DNA of 64,000 nucleotides from an uncultured Candidatus Saccharibacteria bacterium (GTDB lineage Bacteria > Patescibacteriota > Minisyncoccia > Phycocordibacterales > UBA5272). The DNA is taken from NCBI GenBank assembly GCA_964464695.1, contig CAYXKW010000003.1, forward strand, positions 10,577 to 74,576, given 5' to 3'. The translations under genes were made by a program, and so were the position numbers. The notes beneath the pieces were generated by a model. That model saw only the letters and a list, made by a program, of their open reading frames with translations. It was not told where the DNA came from and searched no databases. This document shows, one piece after another, positions 48,120-55,396 of this stretch; within the stretch, counting starts at the first letter, position 1; each line of letters starts with the position of its first letter.

Positions 48120-49823
48120 CTATTCCGGCGTATACAAATCAACCGTCTTCGCTACTTCATCATATGAAGTAAGCCCTTCCAACATCTTTATTATAGCATC
48201 CTCTCGTAGTGAGGGGATTTTTTGGCCTTTTGCAGCCACATGCACTTCTCGTTCACTTGGGTTTCCAAGTAAAACTGTTTCAATCTCTGGGGTCATGATA
48301 ATTGCTTCGAAGATTCCAATTCTTCCTTTGTATCCAGTTCCTGAACACTCTTCACAACCGGAAGCATGGTAGAGCGTATACGATGGCGATGCTATGTGTC
48401 CTGCCATTGAATCTGTTTTACTAGTTGTTATCATATCTCCTAAGATATTCGTGATGGCGCGTGATTCTTTTTCATTTGATTCATAGGCTTTCTTACAATT
48501 CTCACAGATCTTTCGTACAAGACGTTGAGCAAGTGAAATAGAAAGTGCTCCTGCGATTATTTTTCCGTTTACTCCAAGATCAATAAGACGTGGAATAGTT
48601 CCGGCTGCATTATTGGTGTGAAGTGTGGAGAATACTAAGTGCCCAGTGAGAGCTGCGTTGATTGCAACTTTTGCAGTGTCGGTATCACGGATTTCTCCAA
48701 CCATGATTACATCAGGGTCCTGTCTGAGAGCGGCACGTAATCCTGCTACGAAGGTATATCCTTTTTCTTCTTCTACTTGTGTTTGCGTGAGACCTTCTAG
48801 ATGGTACTCGATCGGGTCTTCAATGGTAATGATTTTTACTTCTTCATTATAGACATGGTGAAGGAATGCATAGAGTGTTGTTGTTTTTCCAGATCCTGTT
48901 GGTCCTGTTGTTAAAATAATTCCATGCGGTTTAGTAAGAGCATGCATGATTGCTTCACGAAGTACATCAGGGAAGGCGATTTTATCAAGCCCTGAAACGG
49001 TATTTCGAGGATCGAGGATTCTCATTACAAAACTCTCTCCATAATTACCTGGAATAACTGACACACGTATATCCACCTCAACATCACCTAAGTCGATACT
49101 AAATCTTCCATCTTGAGCTCCTTTTGTATTTGAGAGTTTAAGACCGGCAAGTAATTTGAGTCGACTCGTTATATTTTTAAGAAGAGCATAGTCAAAAAAA
49201 GAAATATCCTCAAGCACTCCATTAACACGATATCGCAATCTTACCTTTCCTTCTTCTGGCTCAATGTGTACATCGCTTGCACCGAATTTAAGTGCACCCG
49301 CCATCACAAGTTCAAGTATGCGCGTTGTTTTATAGAGCATCTGAGAATGAGACATTTCATCAAAAAAAGTATGCAACTCATCGCGAGTTTCAAAGTGACT
49401 CATCAAATCCTCCATTCTTTCGTGAGTTAGGTCGAACATTCCAGAGTCTACTTTCTCACCATGTTGTAACTCGGCATATCTGGACAGTACGTGCTCAAGA
49501 GACGCATGAGAACACATAAAAAGCAGAAGTTCAGTTCCTTTGTCTTCAATTGGACGAAGCAAGTGTTCAAGTTTTTCGCTCGTTGGAGAAATCGCCGCAA
49601 GATAGAGTTTTTGACCAACTAATTTAAAGGGAACAACGCCCGCTTCGCGGGCTTCTTCCTCATGAAGATAATTCATGGCGTCCGGTTCTGGTGCAATACC
49701 ACGAAGATCAATATAAGGAAGATTGTATTTATCAGAAAGAATTTTCACGAGCTCCTCCTCCTCAGATTTATGAAGTTCCGAAAGTTCCGTATTTTGTTTT
49801 ACATCGTCAAAGACTGTTGTCAT
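48120..49823 (-). CDS. pilB: type IV pilus / type II secretion assembly ATPase (PilB/GspE family)
   Basis: Walker A TGPTGSGKTTTL. Asp box and His box. Tetracysteine CENCKK...CEECSGTGYKGR. The track ORF has 54 extra N-terminal codons. ATG at 49821-49823 gives the typical N-terminus MTTVFDDV...LPYIDL. Confidence 0.85.
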   Translation of the reverse strand: MTTVFDDVKQNTELSELHKSEEEELVKILSDKYNLPYIDLRGIAPEPDAMNYLHEEEAREAGVVPFKLVGQKLYLAAISPTSEKLEHLLRPIEDKGTELLLFMCSHASLEHVLSRYAELQHGEKVDSGMFDLTHERMEDLMSHFETRDELHTFFDEMSHSQMLYKTTRILELVMAGALKFGASDVHIEPEEGKVRLRYRVNGVLEDISFFDYALLKNITSRLKLLAGLKLSNTKGAQDGRFSIDLGDVEVDIRVSVIPGNYGESFVMRILDPRNTVSGLDKIAFPDVLREAIMHALTKPHGIILTTGPTGSGKTTTLYAFLHHVYNEEVKIITIEDPIEYHLEGLTQTQVEEEKGYTFVAGLRAALRQDPDVIMVGEIRDTDTAKVAINAALTGHLVFSTLHTNNAAGTIPRLIDLGVNGKIIAGALSISLAQRLVRKICENCKKAYESNEKESRAITNILGDMITTSKTDSMAGHIASPSYTLYHASGCEECSGTGYKGRIGIFEAIIMTPEIETVLLGNPSEREVHVAAKGQKIPSLREDAIIKMLEGLTSYDEVAKTVDLYTPE

Positions 49824-50154
49824 GTAATTAGTATACAAGATATGTCGAATGTCCGAGCCATAAATCTGTTGATGTAGCAGGGAACAGCTCATAGACTGTA
49901 GATCGAGACGGCTTGGCCCAAGACATGAATTTGCTAGTTCATCCGCGAAGATGCGAATTACCAAATTCTGAATTACCAAATTCACATCTCGGATGAAAGC
50001 TTGGCCATAAATAAGTAGCCGGCGAAGGGAACTGTAGACTGTAGTTTTATAATATTAAGACACATTTTTGATCACAGGTACATTAATAAAATATCGACAT
50101 TTTGCACCAAGACTACAGTTTACAAGCTGAAGTCTACAGTCTGAATTTTTTCGC

Positions 50155-50182
50155 TTGACAAAAGTCCATTTTCGTGTATAAT
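50155..50182 (+). promoter_or_regulatory. consensus sigma70 promoter (TTGACA-16-TATAAT) of GC-rich island gene 1
   Basis: cTTGACAaaagtccattttcgtgTATAATat read directly, about 80 nt upstream of ATG 50265. Confidence 0.5.
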
Positions 50183-50264
50183 ATATACAGAGTTTTGAGG
50201 CTTCCGGAATCCTCCGGAGATCAATAAAGACCAACCGCACATTCACTTTTCTAGGAGTTTCGAC

Positions 50265-50939
50265 ATGAAAACCTTTGCTAAAATGGCTTTCGTACTTGCT
50301 TTGGCCTTTGGTTCGCAGTTCGCTTCGGCGGTCTGCTTCCAGAATCCGAGCCCAATTCCGTACGGAACTGGCCCACTTCACCCTGTAAACGGCCTCTGGT
50401 GTACCGAAAGGCCCATCCAGAACCAAGGCTTTGGACAACAACAAGTCATTGTTCAACAGCAAGTCGCTGTACCACAGCAGGTGCAGCTCGTGCCTGTCCA
50501 AGGAGTCCCGAACCAATTTACTTCCGGCGGCAATGTCTACAACTGCTCCACACTGAGAAGTGTGGTTGGTGGTGTGCTGGGCGCTGTTGGAGGGCATTTG
50601 GTTGGTAAGAACATTACCACACGAGGTCACAACCTCGGCGGTCTTGGTGCAATTGGAGGAGCTGTCGCAGGTAGTCAAATTGCTTGCGAATTGGCAGGTC
50701 CTCAGTCTGTCCAGCAAATAAATGTTGTAAGACAAGGAGTTTCTGGCGTTTCTGGAGTTCCTTCGACAACAGTTGTTGCAGGCCGTCAAAAACCTCCTCC
50801 TCCACCTGCTGGCAATTGGACTTGCAACTTTTCGCAGAATGGTCAAATCACCGAAACGGTGATGACGACAGATGATGCGACTTGCAGGGACTGGACGAAG
50901 GCAGTGGCGGTCTACAAAGGTCTGATCGCAGCGAATTAA
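50265..50939 (+). CDS. secreted Q-rich glycine-zipper protein with C-terminal Cys-bracketed motif (224 aa)
   Basis: Signal peptide MKTFAKMAFVLALAFGSQFASA. Q-rich segment. Glycine zipper VVGGVLGAVGGHLVG...LGGLGAIGGAVAGS. PPPPP. C-terminal NWTCNFSQNGQITETVMTTDDATCRDWT shared with ORF 51125-52120. Confidence 0.6.
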   Translation: MKTFAKMAFVLALAFGSQFASAVCFQNPSPIPYGTGPLHPVNGLWCTERPIQNQGFGQQQVIVQQQVAVPQQVQLVPVQGVPNQFTSGGNVYNCSTLRSVVGGVLGAVGGHLVGKNITTRGHNLGGLGAIGGAVAGSQIACELAGPQSVQQINVVRQGVSGVSGVPSTTVVAGRQKPPPPPAGNWTCNFSQNGQITETVMTTDDATCRDWTKAVAVYKGLIAAN

Positions 50940-50972
50940 TTTCGCCACCCATAAGCAGGTGTAAAATGCCTC

Positions 50973-51004
50973 AACCCCCGTCATTTCGATGGGGGTTTTT
51001 CTTA
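50973..51004 (+). terminator. rho-independent terminator after island gene 1
   Basis: aacccccgtc-atttc-gatgggggtt followed by TTTTTCTT. Confidence 0.6.
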
Positions 51005-51025
51005 TATATACAGGAGAAATTTGAC

Positions 51026-51053
51026 TTGACAAAAGTAGAATTTCATGTATACT
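51026..51053 (+). promoter_or_regulatory. consensus-like sigma70 promoter (TTGACA-16-TGtATACT) of island gene 2
   Basis: gacTTGACAaaagtagaatttcaTGTATACTgta shares the cTTGACAaaagt core with the promoter at 50155. Confidence 0.5.
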
Positions 51054-51124
51054 GTAATCATGTTTGTGTGGTATTAAAAACCCACGAGCACCGATGTTCT
51101 TTCCAAATCAACCAATGACCAGCA

Positions 51125-52120
51125 ATGGTCACAGCGTCTAAGGAGGCGCTACAAATGACAAATCCAAAAACCGTCCCCGCGACCCCTGCACCCCGCGCCT
51201 CGCGTGCAAAACCTGCACAAGTGGCTGCACCTGGAGCAGTCGTTCAGCAGAAGACGAGCATGACCGCATGGGTGGCCTTGGCTGCTGTGGTGATGCTTGC
51301 CATCATCATTGCCGCCTGGAAGTTTGGACCGATTGGTTCTGACAATCCTGCACTCGGTTCTTCGGAACCGAGCAAGGCTGTAGCAGTGAGCCAGTCTGCC
51401 GTCGTTGCTCCCGTGGATCATGTTGCAAAAGCTTCGGCTGTGGCGACAGTGGTTTGCGACAAGGACAACACTCAAACCGCGAAAGCGATTGGGAAGACAG
51501 CCTCTGCGGTGGCAACGTGTGGAAACACGAAGCCTGCTGTGCGGGTGGCAAAAGCTCCTGCAAAAGCTCCTGCAAAAGCAAGTGTTGCTCACGCAGCACC
51601 TGCCGGTATGAGCGCCGAAACCGTCCGCCGCATGGCTGACGAAAACATCGCTCGCCGGATCGCATCGGGGGTGAAAACCACCTCCGCAGCCGCTTCTTCA
51701 GGAATTTCGGGTATCCCGCGTTTTCCTGAAGAAGGGAAGGTCTACTCTGATGCCGAAGGTAACACCTTCGAACGTCATACTGGAGGCTCACGGTTGTGCA
51801 AGTTCTTCGTGAACGGTGAATTGGTCAGTCGTAAGTTTGTCCAAGATCCGGACCCACGGAAGAGCAAGGCGCAATGCGACCTTCTGGCCGCTGAGTTCAT
51901 CGCTGGACTCACTCCGACGACACCTGAAGCTATCGTAGCTGCGGCACCGCAAGTTGCACAAGCGCCACAAGCCGTGGTTGCAAGTGCTGGTTCAGGAAAC
52001 CATACTTGCAATCTGACCTTTGATGGCAAGATCGTGGAAACGGTCACAACCATCGATGACGCTGCTTGCAAGGTCTGGACCCGAAGCCGAGGTAAGGAAA
52101 AAGGCTGGATTCCGAAGTAA
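51125..52120 (+). CDS. Ala/Pro-rich single-pass membrane protein with two copies of the Cys-bracketed motif (331 aa), paralog of island gene 1
   Basis: TM WVALAAVVMLAIIIAAW. AKAPAKAPAKA. Motif copies LCKFFVNGELVSRKFVQDPDPRKSKAQCD and HTCNLTFDGKIVETVTTIDDAACKVWT. Confidence 0.55.
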   Translation: MVTASKEALQMTNPKTVPATPAPRASRAKPAQVAAPGAVVQQKTSMTAWVALAAVVMLAIIIAAWKFGPIGSDNPALGSSEPSKAVAVSQSAVVAPVDHVAKASAVATVVCDKDNTQTAKAIGKTASAVATCGNTKPAVRVAKAPAKAPAKASVAHAAPAGMSAETVRRMADENIARRIASGVKTTSAAASSGISGIPRFPEEGKVYSDAEGNTFERHTGGSRLCKFFVNGELVSRKFVQDPDPRKSKAQCDLLAAEFIAGLTPTTPEAIVAAAPQVAQAPQAVVASAGSGNHTCNLTFDGKIVETVTTIDDAACKVWTRSRGKEKGWIPK

Positions 52121-52156
52121 TTTCGGCGGTACCTCAGATTCCGTAATATCTGATAC

Positions 52157-52187
52157 AACCCCACCAAATTGGTGGGGTTCTTTTTTT
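52157..52187 (+). terminator. rho-independent terminator after island gene 2
   Basis: aaccccacc-aaatt-ggtggggtt followed by CTTTTTTT. Confidence 0.7.
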
Positions 52188-52234
52188 GGTAATTCGTAAA
52201 TATCCTGTATTTAAAGAAAGTCAACTACACCCCT

Positions 52235-52263
52235 TGACAAATGGTGTATATGTGTAGTATAAT
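52235..52263 (+). promoter_or_regulatory. perfect consensus sigma70 promoter (TTGACA-17-TATAAT) of repeat surface protein gene
   Basis: ccTTGACAaatggtgtatatgtgtagTATAATat read directly, 40 nt upstream of ATG 52304. Confidence 0.55.
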
Positions 52264-52303
52264 ATATGGACTATTTATCTGAGAAGTAATAGTATAAACA
52301 ATT

Positions 52304-54661
52304 ATGAAAAACAAAATTACAACATTAGCAGTCGCACTTTCTATGGTTATAGGTGTATTTCCTGTGCAACTTTTTGCACAATATGATTACACATCATCGT
52401 ATTACTACGATACATCAGTAACTTCAAGTTATGATTACACTTCTCCAACAGTGTCATCTTATAACTACACAAGTCCAACAGTGAGTTCGTATGATTATGT
52501 ATCACCAACTGTTAGTTCATACAACTATACGTCACCAACCGTATCTAGTTACAACTACACAAGTCCAACAGTAAGTTCATATGATTACACTTCCCCAACA
52601 GTAAGTTCATATGATTACACTTCCCCAACAGTATCATCTTATAACTATACTTCTCCAACAGTAAGTTCATATGATTACACTTCCCCAACAGTGTCATCTT
52701 ATAACTACACATCACCTACAGTAAGTTCATATAATTACACAAGTCCGACAGTATCGTCATATAACTATACTTCTCCAACAGTAAGTTCATATGATTACAC
52801 TTCTCCAACAGTGTCTAATTACAACTACACTTCACCAGTAGGGACAGGTTACACAACTGGCTCAGGTAACACAAATACAAGTCCAACAGTATATAGTTAT
52901 GACTATACTTCAGCACCTACAGTATATAGTTATGATTACACGAACCCAGCAGGCTCTACATATGATTACACAGGCTCAACATATAATTATAATAGTCCAA
53001 CTGGTTCAACATATAATTACAACAACCCTGGGTACACTACTGGAGTTATTCAGACAACACAAACAGTTGCTCCAAGTTACAATTCATACCCAACAACATA
53101 TTCAACAGGTGTAACAGGAACTACATACACAACTATCCCTACAACAAATACTACTATTTGTTCAGACGGATATGCTCCAACAAATGGTTCATGTATAAGA
53201 ACTACAACGATCACAACTACTAACACTACTGTATGTTCAGATGGTTACGCTCCTACAAATGGATCATGCGTACGTACAAACACTATTCCAACTTCAAATG
53301 TAACAGTTTGTTCAGATGGATATGCCCCAACTAATGGCTCATGTATTCGTACAAGTACTATTCCTACAACAAATACAACTATCTGTTCTGATGGATTCGC
53401 TCCAACAAACGGAACATGTATTCGTACAAACACTATCCCAACTGTTAATCAGACTATCTGCTCAGATGGACGTGCACCAGTCAATGGATCATGTATTCGA
53501 ATCGTTTCAGTACCGACTGTTACGTACCAATCATGTTGGGATGGATCAGTTATTCCTACAACATCAGTGTGTGCTGCACAGTACAAAGTATGTGCTAACG
53601 GAACAAGTATTCCAGTTAACCAAGCATGTTATGTAGCATCTACTCCTGTGTATATCGCTCCACAAATTGTGAAATTCAACAACGTTGTAACAAGTGTTGT
53701 AACAGAAATTTCAAAGACAAGTGGAAGATGTAATGGAATTGGTCTTATTGCAAACAACGCTCCATCTACTGGATGGTTCGAATACGGTGAGACTTCTAAT
53801 CTTGGAAGAACAACTGCAACTGCAAATATTGGATCTGCAAACACCGCACCATTCTCAAATGTACTTACTAATCTTAAGCCTTCAACAAAGTACTACTGCC
53901 GCGCAGTGATGCAAAATCAGTATGGACTTGTGAAAGGGGAGATCGTTGGATTCGTAACTAAAGCAACGGTTGTAACTTATGTTAAGCCGGTTATTGTGAA
54001 GACACCAGTGAAGACTCCTGTAAAGACAAATATCATTACATGTTCAGATGGATCTACTGTTTCAACAAAGAGTACATCTTCTGCGACACTTCTAAGTCAA
54101 GGTGAAAAGTTAATGGCGGTACAGATTGAGAAGATTAATGGTAATCTCGTAAGTTCTGAAGAAGTTCGTTACAAGGTAACCTACAAGAACCTTGCTGATA
54201 CAAAACTCTCGGGTGTGTTACTTAAAGTAACGCTTCCACAAGAAGTAGTATTTGCAGGAGCAACTGCAGGAAACTATGATGTAACAACACGTACACTTAC
54301 TCTTAACCAAGATACTGTTGATCCATACACAGAAGGTGTTATCGTTATTACTGCAAATGTACAGAAGGATGCACCAATTGGAAAAACAATTGTAGCGAAT
54401 GTATACGCAGCCTACACAGTACCTGGTACTGCTACACAAGATGAAGTAACTGCATATGTTGTTGGGTCTATCATGCCATCAACTGCATACGCTAATCAAG
54501 ACACTGGTGCGAAGAAAGTTATCGGCGCACCAAGTGATAGAGGATTCATGCCAAATAGTTTAATCGAATGGCTTGCACTCCTTGCTATCCTCTTTATCAT
54601 CTTCATTCTAGGACGTAGTGTCTATGCATCATACAAAGATGATGAAAGTCACAAGCACTAA
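52304..54661 (+). CDS. tandem-repeat cell-surface protein (785 aa): signal peptide, about 18x 10-aa Y(D/N)YTSPTVSS repeats, about 6x 20-aa CSDGYAPTNGSCIRT repeats, globular region, C-terminal TM anchor
   Basis: Signal peptide MKNKITTLAVALSMVIGVFPVQLFA. Repeats read directly from translation. C-terminal hydrophobic anchor LIEWLALLAILFIIFILG followed by charged tail. Confidence 0.7.
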   Translation: MKNKITTLAVALSMVIGVFPVQLFAQYDYTSSYYYDTSVTSSYDYTSPTVSSYNYTSPTVSSYDYVSPTVSSYNYTSPTVSSYNYTSPTVSSYDYTSPTVSSYDYTSPTVSSYNYTSPTVSSYDYTSPTVSSYNYTSPTVSSYNYTSPTVSSYNYTSPTVSSYDYTSPTVSNYNYTSPVGTGYTTGSGNTNTSPTVYSYDYTSAPTVYSYDYTNPAGSTYDYTGSTYNYNSPTGSTYNYNNPGYTTGVIQTTQTVAPSYNSYPTTYSTGVTGTTYTTIPTTNTTICSDGYAPTNGSCIRTTTITTTNTTVCSDGYAPTNGSCVRTNTIPTSNVTVCSDGYAPTNGSCIRTSTIPTTNTTICSDGFAPTNGTCIRTNTIPTVNQTICSDGRAPVNGSCIRIVSVPTVTYQSCWDGSVIPTTSVCAAQYKVCANGTSIPVNQACYVASTPVYIAPQIVKFNNVVTSVVTEISKTSGRCNGIGLIANNAPSTGWFEYGETSNLGRTTATANIGSANTAPFSNVLTNLKPSTKYYCRAVMQNQYGLVKGEIVGFVTKATVVTYVKPVIVKTPVKTPVKTNIITCSDGSTVSTKSTSSATLLSQGEKLMAVQIEKINGNLVSSEEVRYKVTYKNLADTKLSGVLLKVTLPQEVVFAGATAGNYDVTTRTLTLNQDTVDPYTEGVIVITANVQKDAPIGKTIVANVYAAYTVPGTATQDEVTAYVVGSIMPSTAYANQDTGAKKVIGAPSDRGFMPNSLIEWLALLAILFIIFILGRSVYASYKDDESHKH
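52430..52860 (+). repeat. 30-nt tandem repeat array (encodes the Y(D/N)YTSPTVSS decapeptide, about 14 near-perfect plus several degenerate units)
   Basis: Period-30 nucleotide repetition with synonymous drift (e.g. tatgattacacttccccaacagtaagttca / tataactatacttctccaacagtaagttca). Confidence 0.85.
53138..53515 (+). repeat. 60-nt tandem repeat array (6 units encoding TNTTICSDGYAPTNGSCIRT-type 20-mers with paired Cys)
   Basis: Period-60 repetition read from sequence and translation. Confidence 0.85.
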
Positions 54662-54706
54662 AGTACGCTCATAAAGTTAATGCCTTATGTGAGCCGAAAG
54701 GTTAGA

Positions 54707-54736
54707 AAAGCGCGACCCGAAAGGGTCGCGCTTTTC
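54707..54736 (+). terminator. rho-independent terminator after surface protein gene
   Basis: aaagcgcgaccc-gaaa-gggtcgcgcttt followed by TC. Confidence 0.7.
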
Positions 54737-54847
54737 GCATGCGGCTACTAGCTAACAGCTAAAAAGTCCCTTCGCCTGTTGGCTTCGGACATCTTCGCGG
54801 CCGAGCCGTCTCGAGCTACCGACTATCTTCTGTGGTATTATTGACCT

Positions 54848-55396
54848 ATGAAAGAGCCATTTATGGTAACTGAACAAGACCTAGCAGACATTGCTAAAAA
54901 GGTGGTAGACACGCTCGCTGCTTCGTATTCTACACAAGCTAAGGTGCTTTTTTTAGAAGGAGATTTAGGTGCTGGTAAAACAACATTCACAAAAGAGTTA
55001 GCGAGTGTGCTCGGCATCACCAAAGAAGATGTTCATAGTCCAACATTTATTTTAAAGAAAGAATATAAAGGCGACCATTCTTTTTTTAAAAAACTCATTC
55101 ATATTGATGCGTACCGTTTCGAGTCGCCGGACGAAGTGAAGGTTCTTAAATTAACAAATGATATCGAGAAGCATGACACACTAATTGTTATAGAATGGCC
55201 ATCTAAAATGGCAGGGACGGTGAACGAGGACATGACGATTTCCTTTTCTGTTATTGATGATGATACACGAGAGGTGATGATAAATTATACCAACAGTCAC
55301 ATTGGTAATCCTTCTAACGTCTCAAAACATGAAGTGCCAGAAACGATTATAACCGACCCTACAACATCCTCCATCTCCTCACTCTTTCGAACATGA
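54848..55396 (+). CDS. tsaE: tRNA threonylcarbamoyladenosine biosynthesis ATPase TsaE (YjeE)
   Basis: FLEGDLGAGKTTFTKELASVLGI...VHSPTFIL...IHIDAYRF...LIVIEWP matches TsaE motifs. Confidence 0.8.
   Translation: MKEPFMVTEQDLADIAKKVVDTLAASYSTQAKVLFLEGDLGAGKTTFTKELASVLGITKEDVHSPTFILKKEYKGDHSFFKKLIHIDAYRFESPDEVKVLKLTNDIEKHDTLIVIEWPSKMAGTVNEDMTISFSVIDDDTREVMINYTNSHIGNPSNVSKHEVPETIITDPTTSSISSLFRT

Larger units (their letters stand above)
50190..52190. other. compositionally atypical GC-rich island (about 53-58% GC versus about 30-38% in flanks) carrying two paralogous secreted-protein genes
   Basis: Direct base counts of sampled 60-mers: 50281-50340 is 53% GC, 52301-52360 is 28% GC. Codon third positions in both island ORFs are G/C-rich, unlike every other gene in the window. 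Confidence 0.65.

Noticed and set aside
50055-51032. 325-aa minus-strand ORF spanning GC-rich island gene 1
   Set aside because: Antisense to a plus-strand gene that has signal peptide, promoter and terminator. Long only because high GC depletes stop codons. Translation is Cys/Arg-rich with no domain pattern.
51149-52224. Three overlapping minus-strand ORFs (147, 161, 149 aa) and several short plus-strand ORFs inside island gene 2
   Set aside because: Same GC-driven artefact. They overlap a well-supported plus-strand secreted protein gene.
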